Assembly: GCA_025464815.1 (NCBI GenBank)
Contig: JAODMW010000061.1
Span: 1-52,013 of the forward strand
From: Microbacteriaceae bacterium
Lineage (GTDB): Bacteria; Actinomycetota; Actinomycetes; Actinomycetales; Microbacteriaceae
Reading direction: 5' to 3'
DNA length: 52,013 nt
The translations under genes were made by a program, and so were the position numbers. The stretch's first letter is position 1. The number at the start of each line of letters is the position of its first letter. The notes under the pieces are model-generated. The model saw only the letters and a program-made list of their open reading frames with translations. It was not told where the DNA came from and made no database searches. Below, one piece after another: positions 9,293 through 19,290 of the stretch.

Positions 9293-10507
9293 GTGCGCAA
9301 GCTCGGCATTGCTCTCGTGGGAGCGGGCTTCATGGGCACTCGCCATGTGCACGGCTACGCGGCCCTTCACGCGGCCGGGGTGGCGAAGGCGAACGTCGTC
9401 GCGATACTGGATCTTGACCGGCAAGTGGCCGAGCGCGCGGCCGACGAGGCCGAGCGCCTGCTCGGGCGCCGACCGAGTGTCTACACCGAACTGGCCGCGC
9501 TCCTTAGCGACCCAGCGGTCGAGGCCATCGACATCGTCACCGACCCGCGAACTCACCACTCCATCGCGATTGCGGCGATGGAGGCTGGCCGTCACGTTCT
9601 GTGCGAAAAGCCGCTCGCGCTCACCGTCCGCACCGCCAGGGCGATGATCGATACCGCCGAGCGCACCGGCATGACCCTCGCGACCGGCGAGAACTATCGC
9701 CGCGGCGGCGCGAACCGTCTCGCCAGGTCCGTACTCGATGCCGGACTTCTTGGCACAGTTCACCTCATGCGCGAAGTGCGCATCGGAGGCGACAGCAACG
9801 TCATCATCAGCAGGTGGCGACACCTGAAGGCGAGCGGCGCTATCGGGCTCGACATGGCCATCCACTATGCCGACATCATCGAATACCTGCTCGGCCCGGT
9901 CGAGCGGGTGTGGGGCAGGGGCATCATCGCAGAGCCTCTGCGCTTTCCGGCCGACGGCAGCGATGCGATAGTCGCGGATGGCGAGGACTCGATTCTCGCC
10001 TCGATGCGCACGCGCTCGAACGTGGACGTGCAGCTCGCCTATCTGCCGTCTGGCCCAGGCATCCACTTCAGCGAACGCACGGTGCACGGCACGCGAGGCT
10101 CGATGTCGATTCCGCCCGACCGCACCGACGGTGACGTCGTCGTCACCCTGGGAGACCGCGTGCTCAGCGGCGCGGCGCTGGTCGACGCCGTCGGGGATCA
10201 ACTGCAGCTTTCGGAGGCGACCATCGCGGTACTCGGCCCGGACGGAACGGGCGGCAAAGGGGCGTCATGGTCGATCGTGGACTCCGGCTACCTCGCCGTC
10301 GAGATCGATGACTTTGCCGACGCGGTGCTGTCAGGGCGGGCGCCAGAGGTCGACGGGATGGGCGGCCTGCGTGCCCTCACTGTCGTCCTCGCGATCTTGG
10401 AATCCGGAGTGGCTGGCCGCGAGATCACGGTCGACGAGGTGCTCGATGGAACGGTGCACGCCTACCAGGACTCCATCGACCAGGCTCTGGCTGCGAGCGC
10501 GCGGTGA
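9293..10507 (+). CDS. Gfo/Idh/MocA family oxidoreductase
   Basis: VGAGFMG, HVLCEKPLA, DMAIHYAD; GTG start after AGGAGG (9281-9286). Confidence 0.9.
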   Translation: MRKLGIALVGAGFMGTRHVHGYAALHAAGVAKANVVAILDLDRQVAERAADEAERLLGRRPSVYTELAALLSDPAVEAIDIVTDPRTHHSIAIAAMEAGRHVLCEKPLALTVRTARAMIDTAERTGMTLATGENYRRGGANRLARSVLDAGLLGTVHLMREVRIGGDSNVIISRWRHLKASGAIGLDMAIHYADIIEYLLGPVERVWGRGIIAEPLRFPADGSDAIVADGEDSILASMRTRSNVDVQLAYLPSGPGIHFSERTVHGTRGSMSIPPDRTDGDVVVTLGDRVLSGAALVDAVGDQLQLSEATIAVLGPDGTGGKGASWSIVDSGYLAVEIDDFADAVLSGRAPEVDGMGGLRALTVVLAILESGVAGREITVDEVLDGTVHAYQDSIDQALAASAR

Positions 10508-10995
10508 CCGAACGATTGCGATTCCGCCAGACCGCGTTCGTTGTGCGTGATCTCGACGCTGCAGTGCGCCACTGGGCGGATGACCTGGGGATCGGGCCGT
10601 GGAGAGTGTGGACCATGAGGCCACCCCAGCTCATGGATGGGGTCTATCGCGGCACAGCTGTGCCCTTTGCTTTCAGGCACGCGCTGGCGATGTCGGGAGA
10701 GGTGCAGTTCGAACTCATCGAACCGATCGATGGCTCGAGTATCTTCGCCGATCAGCTCGACGAGATCGGGGAAGGCCCCAATCACATCGGAGCTGTCGTC
10801 GACGATCACCAGGCGGCCGTCGCCGACCTCATCGAACGAGGGTTCGTGCCCCTCCAGAGCGGCCGGTTCGGCGCGAGCGGAGACGGCCTGTTCGCCTACT
10901 TCCAGCGACCGGGAATCTCGACGATCGTCGAACTCATCCGTCCACCGAGCGAGCGATTCGCCCCCGACTACACCTACCCGGCGGAGCTACCGTGA
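10504..10995 (+). CDS. VOC/glyoxalase family protein (methylmalonyl-CoA epimerase-like)
   Basis: QTAFVVRDLDAA, QFELIEP, GPNHIG, IVELI; GTGA overlaps on both sides. Confidence 0.85.
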   Translation: MTERLRFRQTAFVVRDLDAAVRHWADDLGIGPWRVWTMRPPQLMDGVYRGTAVPFAFRHALAMSGEVQFELIEPIDGSSIFADQLDEIGEGPNHIGAVVDDHQAAVADLIERGFVPLQSGRFGASGDGLFAYFQRPGISTIVELIRPPSERFAPDYTYPAELP

Positions 10996-12128
10996 CCGAA
11001 TCCATGCGCATTGCCGAGGTCGAGACCTTCGTATCCAACACCTCGGTCTTCGTGCGTCTCACCACCGAATCCGGCCTGACCGGCATCGGCGAGTCGACGG
11101 CTTTCGCGTTCCCACTCGCCGTCGTCGAGGTCGTGAAAGCGCTCAGCGGTTACCTGGTGGGAGCCGACGGCATGGATGTCGAGGCCCACTGGCTGCGCAT
11201 GTACCGTGCGCTGGGCTGGCGCGGCATCACCCTCGGAGGGGCGATCAGCGCGATCGATCAGGCACTCTGGGACCTGCGCGGCAAGCGCTTCGAGGAACCG
11301 GTGTGGCAGCTGCTCGGTGGCCGTTCGCGCAGGGGTATTCGCGCCATGAAGGTGGTGCAGACCGGGACGACCGACGAGGTCGTTGCCGCATCGGTCGCAG
11401 CCCAGCAGGCCGGCTACACGGCGATCAAGGTGCTGCTCTTCCAACACGAGCACCACGGCATGCGGCATGCAGAGCGCACCGCCGACCTCGTGGAGCGCTT
11501 CGGCGCCATCCGTGACGCCGTCGGCGATCGAATGGATGTCGGCATCGAGCTGCACAGGAACATGCAGCCGGGCAACTCCATCGCTCTCATCACGGAACTC
11601 GCCAGGTTCCGACCGCTGTTCGTCGAGGATCCGATCCCGCCCGACAGCGCGATCGCTTTCGGCGAGGTATCGGCGAAGGTGACCGTGCCGATGGCTGCCG
11701 GGGAACGAAACACCACGATCTACGAATTCCGGGAGTACATCGAGCACGCCGGGATCTCCTACATTCGCCCCGACGTAGGCATCGCCGGCGGGTTCACCCA
11801 CGTGCGCAAGATCTGCGCGATGGCGGAGGCGCACCACCTCGGCGTCATCCCCCATTGCGTGCCATCCGGACCGGTCGCGACGATGGCGCATGTACACCTG
11901 GGGATCACGATTCCGAACTGGGAGGTGCAGGAGCATGTTGAACAGGATGTGGAGCCTGTCGTGTCGATGGTGAACAGGATCACCCCGCTGGTCGACGGCT
12001 ACCTCTACCCCTTCGATGCCCCTGGTCTCGGGATGGAGTTGAACGATGCGGCGCTCATCGGCGCTCCCGTCGGTGTCTTTGCGATCTTGCCCGCCCTGCG
12101 CGAGGACGGATCGGTGGCTTACCGATGA
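10992..12128 (+). CDS. Enolase superfamily sugar-acid dehydratase (galactonate dehydratase DgoD-like)
   Basis: AISAIDQALWDLRGK...PVWQLLGG, ELH/EDP/GER metal ligands, PGLG, EDGSV C-terminus. Confidence 0.85.
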   Translation: MTESMRIAEVETFVSNTSVFVRLTTESGLTGIGESTAFAFPLAVVEVVKALSGYLVGADGMDVEAHWLRMYRALGWRGITLGGAISAIDQALWDLRGKRFEEPVWQLLGGRSRRGIRAMKVVQTGTTDEVVAASVAAQQAGYTAIKVLLFQHEHHGMRHAERTADLVERFGAIRDAVGDRMDVGIELHRNMQPGNSIALITELARFRPLFVEDPIPPDSAIAFGEVSAKVTVPMAAGERNTTIYEFREYIEHAGISYIRPDVGIAGGFTHVRKICAMAEAHHLGVIPHCVPSGPVATMAHVHLGITIPNWEVQEHVEQDVEPVVSMVNRITPLVDGYLYPFDAPGLGMELNDAALIGAPVGVFAILPALREDGSVAYR

Positions 12129-13180
12129 CCACGAAGCTCCGGGTCGGAATCGCCTGTCACCCCGACCTCCGCGACCACTACATCAGCCAGGCCGACCTCA
12201 CCCGTCTCGGCACGATTGCCGAGATCAGCTTCGCCGACTTCGAGGCGCCAGGCGACCCATGGGGACAGGTCCCGGTCGTCCCAGAGCTCGACGATCGCCT
12301 CGCAGAATTCGCCTCAGATAAGGATGTCCTGCTCGTCTTCCACGGCGCTCCGCGAGTGACTTCACGCGTCTTTGCCGCCGCGCCGAACCTCAGGCTCGTC
12401 GGCGACATCGAGGGCGACCGGTTCGCCGGCCGCATCGACGTTGCCGCGGCACGCGCCGCCGGTGTGCTGGTCGTAGACACCACCCACGCGTCGTCGTGGC
12501 CGGTGGCCGAGTGGGCCCTCGCACTGATGCTGATGGGACTGCGCCAGAACGCGCACTTTCGCGAGATCATTGCCGGTCACGACATGAGCCAGAGCGAGTA
12601 CCGCACCAGGCCTCCCGGCCGCGAGCTCACGGGCAAGACGGTGGGCCTCATCGGGTTCGGGCACATCGGCTGGCGCCTGCGCGAGTTCCTTACCCCGTTC
12701 GAGTGCCCGATCATCGCGTATGACCCGTACGCCCCCCGCGAGCTCGCAGATGCGCAGCGCGTCGATTTCGCCTCGCTCGCGACGGTGATGGGGTGCGACG
12801 TCGTCGTTTGCCTCGCGCCCGCGACCCCGCACACCATAGGGATGATCGGCGAGGCCGAGTTGACCATGCTGCGCGAGGATGCGGTCTTCATCAATGTCTC
12901 GCGGGGCAGCGTCGTGGATGTCGGGGCTCTGATCGCACGAGCACAGCAGGGCGACGCCTGGTTCGGCCTTGACGCGCATGACCCGGAGCCCCTCGCCGTC
13001 GACTCTCCACTGCGGGGGATGTCGAACGTGATTCTGTCGGCACACATCGCCGGGGTGACGGTCGAGGCGCAGCCACGTTTCTTCGCTCTCATGGTCGACG
13101 AGCTGGAGCGCTTCTCGGCAGGCATCGAGCCGCGCGCGCAGATCACCGATCGAGTCGTCGCCGGCCGCGGAGTGAGCTGA
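12125..13180 (+). CDS. D-isomer specific 2-hydroxyacid dehydrogenase
   Basis: GLIGFGHIG, INVSRG, DAHDPEP, HIAG catalytic motifs. Confidence 0.9.
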   Translation: MTTKLRVGIACHPDLRDHYISQADLTRLGTIAEISFADFEAPGDPWGQVPVVPELDDRLAEFASDKDVLLVFHGAPRVTSRVFAAAPNLRLVGDIEGDRFAGRIDVAAARAAGVLVVDTTHASSWPVAEWALALMLMGLRQNAHFREIIAGHDMSQSEYRTRPPGRELTGKTVGLIGFGHIGWRLREFLTPFECPIIAYDPYAPRELADAQRVDFASLATVMGCDVVVCLAPATPHTIGMIGEAELTMLREDAVFINVSRGSVVDVGALIARAQQGDAWFGLDAHDPEPLAVDSPLRGMSNVILSAHIAGVTVEAQPRFFALMVDELERFSAGIEPRAQITDRVVAGRGVS

Positions 13181-13181
13181 G

Positions 13182-14102
13182 ATGCTCTTTGACGCACACT
13201 GCCACGCCTGGCGCCGCTGGCCGTACGACACCGCGGTGCCCGATCCAGACACACGCGGCAGCATCGAGGCGCTGCTGTACGAGATGGACACGCACGGCGT
13301 CGAACGCGCCGCGGTCGTGTGTGCCCGCATCGGTGGTGGGGCCGGGGGCGATGGCTTCGCCAACGACGACAACAACGACTACGTCACACGGCTTGCCGCT
13401 GCGCATCCCGACCGGATCACGCCGTGGGTGGATGTGGATTGCGTGTGGCGGGAGGAGCATCACAGCCCGGGTTCCGCCGAGCGCCTGCGCGCCGAGATCG
13501 AGCGCACCGGAGCCGGCGGCTTCACCCACTATGTGACGTCCGGTGCCAATGACGGCTGGCTCGCATCCGATGACGCCGGTGAGTTTTTCCGGTTCGCGGC
13601 TGACGCTGGACTCATCGCCTCCCTTGCGCTCTCGGCGGCCTGGTTCGAGGATCTCAGGCCCATCGCCGCCGCGAACCCCAGCCTGCCTGTGCTCATCCAT
13701 CACCTGTCGCATCCGTCGTCGGCAGCCGAGCTCGATTCCCTCGTGGCCCTCAGCGACCTGCCGAACATCGGTGTCAAGATCTCGGGCTTCAACTACAACT
13801 CGTCTGAATACTGGGACTATCCGTATCCGGGTGCCCAGGAGATTTTCCGCGCGATTGTGGGCGGCTTCGGTTCGGCGCGGCTCTATTGGGGCAGCGATTT
13901 CCCGGCCTCTCGCGACCAGCTCACCTACCGGCAGTCGATCGAAGTCGTGCGCTCGCACTCCGACTTCCTCGCGCCAGGCCAGCTCGCGGGCATCCTGGGC
14001 GACAACCTCGCGGCGCTCGTCGCGGAACCACGGCTCGCTGCCCCCATCGACAATTACCTCACTCAGCACGATCCCAATCAGCACGACCTAACGAGAAAGT
14101 GA
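13182..14102 (+). CDS. Amidohydrolase family protein (sugar lactonase-like)
   Basis: DAHCHAW, LIHHL, VKISG, RLYWGSDFP, ILGDN. Confidence 0.88.
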   Translation: MLFDAHCHAWRRWPYDTAVPDPDTRGSIEALLYEMDTHGVERAAVVCARIGGGAGGDGFANDDNNDYVTRLAAAHPDRITPWVDVDCVWREEHHSPGSAERLRAEIERTGAGGFTHYVTSGANDGWLASDDAGEFFRFAADAGLIASLALSAAWFEDLRPIAAANPSLPVLIHHLSHPSSAAELDSLVALSDLPNIGVKISGFNYNSSEYWDYPYPGAQEIFRAIVGGFGSARLYWGSDFPASRDQLTYRQSIEVVRSHSDFLAPGQLAGILGDNLAALVAEPRLAAPIDNYLTQHDPNQHDLTRK

Positions 14103-14109
14103 CTACACC

Positions 14110-14406
14110 ATGACCTCAGCCCTGATCGCCCGCTACTACGTCATACCGGGCAATGCCGCACGCGTCGAAGATACTCTCCGCAAGATGGCCGAGCGCGTGA
14201 AGGCGGATGAGCCAGCCTGCCTGCTGTATAACGCGAACGTCGACCCTGAGAACGAGAACCTGTACTGCCTGTATGAGGTGTACGAAAACGAGGATGCCGT
14301 CGCCGCGCACCGCGAAACCCCGCACTTTACGGAGTTCATCGAGGGCATCATCGTGCCGCTGCTCGAGAAGCGGGAGCGTGAACTGTACCGTCAGGTAATC
14401 GGATGA
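14110..14406 (+). CDS. ABM-domain putative quinol monooxygenase
   Basis: EPACLLY...LYEVYENEDAVAAHRETPHF. Confidence 0.88.
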   Translation: MTSALIARYYVIPGNAARVEDTLRKMAERVKADEPACLLYNANVDPENENLYCLYEVYENEDAVAAHRETPHFTEFIEGIIVPLLEKRERELYRQVIG

Positions 14407-15404
14407 AGCTCGTCTCATTCGAGACAACGGGCGACCAGGGCAGGGTCGCCCATCTCGGTGCGCTCGTGACCGGCGACGCCGACACTGGCGAGCTCGTCGA
14501 TCTGGCTTCCGCGACACGAGCGCTGCTCGCCGCAGAAGGCATCACGCACGAGGGTGCGCGGCGAATCACCGCCGCCCTCGTGCCCGGGTCCCTTCTCGGC
14601 TTTATCGAGGGTGGTGCCAGGTCCCGTGACCTGGCCGACGAGGCGCTTGCCGCCGCCCTCGAGCATGGCTGGGAGCGCGATCCAAGCGGTGCACGTATCC
14701 GCTACGACGCGAGCGAGATCACCCATCTCCCCGCGATCAGTGATCCACCTCTCCTGCGTGACTTCATGGCCTTCGAGAAGCATCTTCTCAACGTCTTTCC
14801 GAAGCTCGGACGCGAGATACCGGATGAGTGGTACCGCCGCCCTGTCTACTACAAGGGCAACCCCTCGGCCATCGGCGCCCACGAACAGGACGTGACCATT
14901 CCCGCGTATGCAGATCAGCTGGATCTCGAGTTCGAGTTCGCCGCGATCATCGGGCGCGCGGGAGTCGACATCGCCGAAGAGGATGCTCTCTCGCACATCT
15001 TCGGATACACCATCTATGACGACTTCTCGGCGCGAGACATCCAGGCGGCAGAGATGACGGTGGGCCTCGGCCCCGCGAAGGGCAAGGACTTTCTGGGAGC
15101 CCACGTGCTCGGACCTGTCGTTGTGACGGCGGATGAGCTTGGAGACCCGTACTCCCTCGGGATGTCCGCGCTCGTGAACGGTGTGGAATGGACCAACGGC
15201 TCAAGTGCCGACATGCATTGGAAGTTCGAGCAGATGATCGCATACGCCTCCCGCGATGAACTGGTGCGGGTGGGCGAAGTATTCGGCTCCGGCACGGTTG
15301 GCGACGGTTCGGGCGCCGAGCAGGGCAAGTGGCTGGAGCCCGGTGACGTTGTCGAACTAACAGTCGAAGGAATCGGAACGCTGCGCAACCGCGTCGTGGC
15401 ATGA
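14403..15404 (+). CDS. Fumarylacetoacetate hydrolase family protein
   Basis: LRDFMAFEKH, YYKGN, DLEFE, DFSARDIQ, KGKDF, GSGT, GIGTLRN. Confidence 0.9.
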   Translation: MKLVSFETTGDQGRVAHLGALVTGDADTGELVDLASATRALLAAEGITHEGARRITAALVPGSLLGFIEGGARSRDLADEALAAALEHGWERDPSGARIRYDASEITHLPAISDPPLLRDFMAFEKHLLNVFPKLGREIPDEWYRRPVYYKGNPSAIGAHEQDVTIPAYADQLDLEFEFAAIIGRAGVDIAEEDALSHIFGYTIYDDFSARDIQAAEMTVGLGPAKGKDFLGAHVLGPVVVTADELGDPYSLGMSALVNGVEWTNGSSADMHWKFEQMIAYASRDELVRVGEVFGSGTVGDGSGAEQGKWLEPGDVVELTVEGIGTLRNRVVA

Positions 15405-15422
15405 CCGGCGAATAGAGGAAAC

Positions 15423-16841
15423 ATGAGCATTGACACCGCATCGCACATCGGACACCGGGCCTCTGGCACACCGCACGCCGTTATCGATCCGAGCGACGGC
15501 TCGGTCATCGGGGAGATCCCGATCTCCAGCGAGGCCGACTGTCTCGATGCCGTCGAGACTGCGGCTGCAGCATCCGCCAGCTTCGCGGCACTGTCACCAC
15601 GGGTTCGAGGAGAAATGCTCCGCAGAGCCTATGAGCTGATGACCGCCGAGAGCGAGGAGCTCGCTCGGCTCGTTTCCCGTGAGAACGGCAAGATCCTGGC
15701 CGATGCACGCGCCGAGATAGCCTATGCGGCGGAGTTCTTCCGTTGGTTCTCTGAGGAGGCCGTGCGGATTTCCGGCGACTTTCGGCTGGCGCCGAACGGC
15801 GACAAGACCATCATCGTCACGCACGACCCCGTGGGCGTTTCGCTCCTGATAACGCCGTGGAACTTTCCGGCAGCCATGGCCACTCGCAAGATCGGTCCGG
15901 CGATCGCCGCGGGGTGCACCGTGATCCTGAAGCCCGCGATGGAGACGCCGCTGACCGCGCTGGCGATCGTGGACCTGCTCGCTCGCGCCGGGGTGCCTGA
16001 CGGCGTCGTCACCATCGTCACGCCGTCTCCTGCCGGGCTGGCCGTGTCACGAATGCTGCGAGACCCGCGAGTTCGAAACCTTTCATTTACGGGGTCGACA
16101 GAGGTGGGGAGACTGCTCCTCAAACAGGCGTCAGACAGGGTGATCCGCACCTCGATGGAGCTCGGGGGCAATGCTCCGTTCATCGTGCTCGACGACGCGG
16201 ATCTCGATACAGCTGTCGCCGGCGCGATGATCGCGAAGCTTCGAAATGGCGGCGCAGCGTGCACCGCCGCGAATCGTTTCTACGTGTCAAGGTCCATCGC
16301 CGAAGAGTTCGCCAGGCGACTCTCCGCGGCGATGGCGAGCATCCGGATGGCCCCGGGTTTGACCGACGGCGCTGGCCTCGGCGCCAGCGTCTCAATCGGC
16401 GAACGCGACAAGATCGCGAGCCTCGTGGATGCCTCTGTCGCCCACGGAGCCGTGGTTCTCACGGGCGGCGTAAAACCCGCCGGAGTGGGCGCTTTCTACC
16501 CTCCGACCGTGCTATCGCTTGACGCAGACAACCCGATTCTGGCGGAGGAGATCTTCGGCCCGGTGGCTCCCGTTGTCGCGGTCGACTCGGATGACGAGGC
16601 AATCGCCCTGGCGAACGCCTCAGAGTTCGGCCTCATCTCGTACGTCTTCTCTGGCGATCTGGCACGGTGCATGCGGGTCGCAAAATCGCTCGAGTCTGGC
16701 ATGGTCGCCGTGAACAAGGGCGTGATCTCCGACCCGGCCGCACCATTCGGTGGGTACAAGCAGAGTGGCCTGGGGCGTGAGGGCGGATTCGCGGGAATCC
16801 ACGAGTTCCTAGAAAGCAAATACATCGGCGTCGACATCTGA
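15423..16841 (+). CDS. NAD(P)-dependent aldehyde dehydrogenase (succinate-semialdehyde dehydrogenase GabD-like)
   Basis: ITPWNFP, FTGSTEVG, MELGGNAP, NGGAACTAANR, EEIFGP, PFGGYKQSGLGREG. Confidence 0.92.
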   Translation: MSIDTASHIGHRASGTPHAVIDPSDGSVIGEIPISSEADCLDAVETAAAASASFAALSPRVRGEMLRRAYELMTAESEELARLVSRENGKILADARAEIAYAAEFFRWFSEEAVRISGDFRLAPNGDKTIIVTHDPVGVSLLITPWNFPAAMATRKIGPAIAAGCTVILKPAMETPLTALAIVDLLARAGVPDGVVTIVTPSPAGLAVSRMLRDPRVRNLSFTGSTEVGRLLLKQASDRVIRTSMELGGNAPFIVLDDADLDTAVAGAMIAKLRNGGAACTAANRFYVSRSIAEEFARRLSAAMASIRMAPGLTDGAGLGASVSIGERDKIASLVDASVAHGAVVLTGGVKPAGVGAFYPPTVLSLDADNPILAEEIFGPVAPVVAVDSDDEAIALANASEFGLISYVFSGDLARCMRVAKSLESGMVAVNKGVISDPAAPFGGYKQSGLGREGGFAGIHEFLESKYIGVDI

Positions 16842-16888
16842 TCGGTCGCCGGAGGTCGGCAAATCGGGCAAACAGCCTCGAAATGCCA

Positions 16889-16939
16889 TTGACATCGGAA
16901 AGGAGCAGTGCGACACTCGGAGTGTTCTGAAACGTATCA
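16889..16939 (+). promoter_or_regulatory. Promoter TTGACA-17-(TGc)GACACT with LacI-type operator TGAAACGTATCA
   Basis: -35 16889-16894, -10 16912-16917, operator 16928-16939. Confidence 0.7.
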
Positions 16940-17033
16940 AATGCTCCACATATCCGAGTCCTATCACTCGGGAACGGGATCCATCCCGATCCCACTTCTG
17001 CAATCACAACGACGTAACAGAAGGGTTGACATA

Positions 17034-18338
17034 GTGGTCACCAAAAAACGCCTCTTCGGGCGGATCGCAGCACTATCCGTCGCGACAGTCCTCGCAGCGA
17101 GCCTCGCAGCTTGCAGCAGTGGCGGCGACACCAACACGGGCGGCACGACCGGCAAGAACATCCTCATCGGGATGAACTCTGGTTTGGTTCCGCAGTTCCA
17201 ACGGTACGCGAAGGAGTTCGAGAAAACCCACAAGGGTTTCACCGTCACCGTGAAGGCGGTGCCTGACGCTCAGCCGGATTACATCCAGCAGCTCGTCACC
17301 CAGGGGCTCAGCAAGTCCCTGCCCGACATCATCTTCAACTACGACACACTGAACCAGACGCTCAACTCGAACCACCTGCTCTACGACATCAAGCCATGGC
17401 TCGACTCGGGCCACGACGGGTTGAAGGGTTCGAGCTTCATTCCGGCCTTCCTCGATCAGTACAAGGTGGGCAAGACCATCACCGGCATCCCCGTGAGTGC
17501 CGACACCGGCATCATTTCGGTCCACACGGCCCTCTTCGAGAAGTACGGCGTGCCCGTGCCGACGGCCGACTGGACCTACGACGACATGTACGCCGCGGCC
17601 AAGGCGATCACCGAGAAGTCGGGCGGATCCGTATACGGCATCAAGACCCCGATCGGTGACGGCAGCGCGGTCTTCACGTTCTACCCGGTGCTGAAGGCCT
17701 TCGACAGCAACCTGTACGACCCGAAAACGAAGAAGTTCATCTTCGCGAACGACGGCGGCATCGAGGCCTGGACCAAGCTCCTCGCCCCGTACATCGACAA
17801 GTTCGGCACGCCGTACTCCCTCGCCACCAATAACACCCTGCTCGAGAGCGGGCAGGTTGCCATGGGAATCGGCTCGACGGCGGGTGTCGCCGGTCTTCGC
17901 GAGAAGATCAAAGATGACTGGGACATCCTCCCGATGCCGAAGCTCGATGGTAAGTCGACCACCGGCGGTGGCTCGTACTCTCTCTCGATCAGTGCAAAGT
18001 CGGACAACAAGGAGGGCGCATACCAGTTCATGGCATGGTTCTACTCGACCGCTGGCGGCATGAAGGCTGGGCAGCCCGACGGCATCATCCCCGCAACAAC
18101 GGATGGCATCGCGAAGGGCGCGTGGCTGACGGAGGCCGCCCCGGTTCCGCCGAGCTTCGTCGCGACGATCAAGGCGTCCGTTCCGAACGCCATTCTTCCG
18201 AACACGATCCCGGATGCCGTGCAGCCGAAGGTCGTACCCGCCCTGCAGACCGCTATGCAGCAGGTAGTACTGAAAGGCATGTCGATCAAGGAGGCGTACA
18301 CCGCGGCGCAGGACGAACTCAACGGACTGCTGAAGTAG
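17034..18338 (+). CDS. Carbohydrate ABC transporter substrate-binding lipoprotein (CUT1)
   Basis: Lipobox LAASLAAC, PDII, WTYDDM, GGGSYSLSIS; GTG start chosen from signal peptide. Confidence 0.9.
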   Translation: MVTKKRLFGRIAALSVATVLAASLAACSSGGDTNTGGTTGKNILIGMNSGLVPQFQRYAKEFEKTHKGFTVTVKAVPDAQPDYIQQLVTQGLSKSLPDIIFNYDTLNQTLNSNHLLYDIKPWLDSGHDGLKGSSFIPAFLDQYKVGKTITGIPVSADTGIISVHTALFEKYGVPVPTADWTYDDMYAAAKAITEKSGGSVYGIKTPIGDGSAVFTFYPVLKAFDSNLYDPKTKKFIFANDGGIEAWTKLLAPYIDKFGTPYSLATNNTLLESGQVAMGIGSTAGVAGLREKIKDDWDILPMPKLDGKSTTGGGSYSLSISAKSDNKEGAYQFMAWFYSTAGGMKAGQPDGIIPATTDGIAKGAWLTEAAPVPPSFVATIKASVPNAILPNTIPDAVQPKVVPALQTAMQQVVLKGMSIKEAYTAAQDELNGLLK

Positions 18339-18345
18339 TAGACCC

Positions 18346-19290
18346 TTGACCGTCCTAGAGACCAAGAGGGGTGCCGGCGCTGAGCGCCGGCACCCCCGGT
18401 CACCACTTCGTAAAAAGACCAAGTACCGCAAAGCGGATGCCGCATCGGCCTGGCTGCTGCTCGCCCCCGCGCTCGTCCTCTTCATCGTGTTCATCATCAT
18501 CCCCACCATCGTCAGCCTCGGGCTGAGCTTCTACCAGTGGGACTTCTTCGACACCCCCGCCTTCGTCGGCTTCGCGAACTTCGCGAAGCTCGCAACCGAT
18601 TCGGCGGCGTGGAACTCCCTGGGAGTCACCCTGCTCTTCGTGCTCCTGGGGGTCATTCCGACCATCGCCATCGGATTCATGCTGGCCGTTCTGATCAACG
18701 CCAACATGCCGGGCGTGGGTGTTCTGCGGGTGCTCTACTTCGTCCCGGTTGTGCTCTCGGTCGCGGTCTCCGCGGTGCTCTGGGCCTTTATCTACGACTC
18801 GCGGCAGGGGCCGATCGGCGCCCTACTGCGCGTGTTTGGGTTGCCGCCGGTCGACATCCTCAATACCGACACGCTGGCCTTGCCCGCGCTGGTGATCATG
18901 ATGATCTGGCTCGCCCTGCCCATCGTGATCATCCTGTATCTGGCAGGCTTGCAGCGCGTGCCCGAGGACATCTATGCGGCCGCTGCCCTTGACGGCGCAG
19001 GACCGTGGCGCACGCTGTGGTCGATCACCTGGCCGAACGTGGCATCCACAACCTTCGTGGTGGCGATTCTTCAAATCGTCAACTACGTGGCCAGCTCTCT
19101 CGATGTCTCACTGATCATGACCAACGGCGGACCACTCGGAGCGACGACCGCCCTCAGCCTCTATGCGTACCGGCAGGCCTTCTCCAACCAGGATGTCGGC
19201 TACGCGAGCGTGCTCTCCGTGGTCCAGATGGTCATCATCGTCGCCATTATCGGCCTTGGCCGCCTCATCACCAGGAGATTCTCACGATGA
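18346..19290 (+). CDS. Carbohydrate ABC transporter permease
   Basis: Multiple TM helices, EAA-like motif IYAAAALDGA, MTNGGP. Confidence 0.92.
   Translation: MTVLETKRGAGAERRHPRSPLRKKTKYRKADAASAWLLLAPALVLFIVFIIIPTIVSLGLSFYQWDFFDTPAFVGFANFAKLATDSAAWNSLGVTLLFVLLGVIPTIAIGFMLAVLINANMPGVGVLRVLYFVPVVLSVAVSAVLWAFIYDSRQGPIGALLRVFGLPPVDILNTDTLALPALVIMMIWLALPIVIILYLAGLQRVPEDIYAAAALDGAGPWRTLWSITWPNVASTTFVVAILQIVNYVASSLDVSLIMTNGGPLGATTALSLYAYRQAFSNQDVGYASVLSVVQMVIIVAIIGLGRLITRRFSR
18368..18396 (+). other. Perfect 13-bp stem-loop just after the binding-protein gene
   Basis: GGGGTGCCGGCGC-TGA-GCGCCGGCACCCC; no U tract. Confidence 0.6.

Noticed and set aside
16913-16993. Possible riboswitch in the binding-protein leader
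   Set aside because: Only short hairpins; no known aptamer consensus recognised, and a LacI operator already explains regulation.
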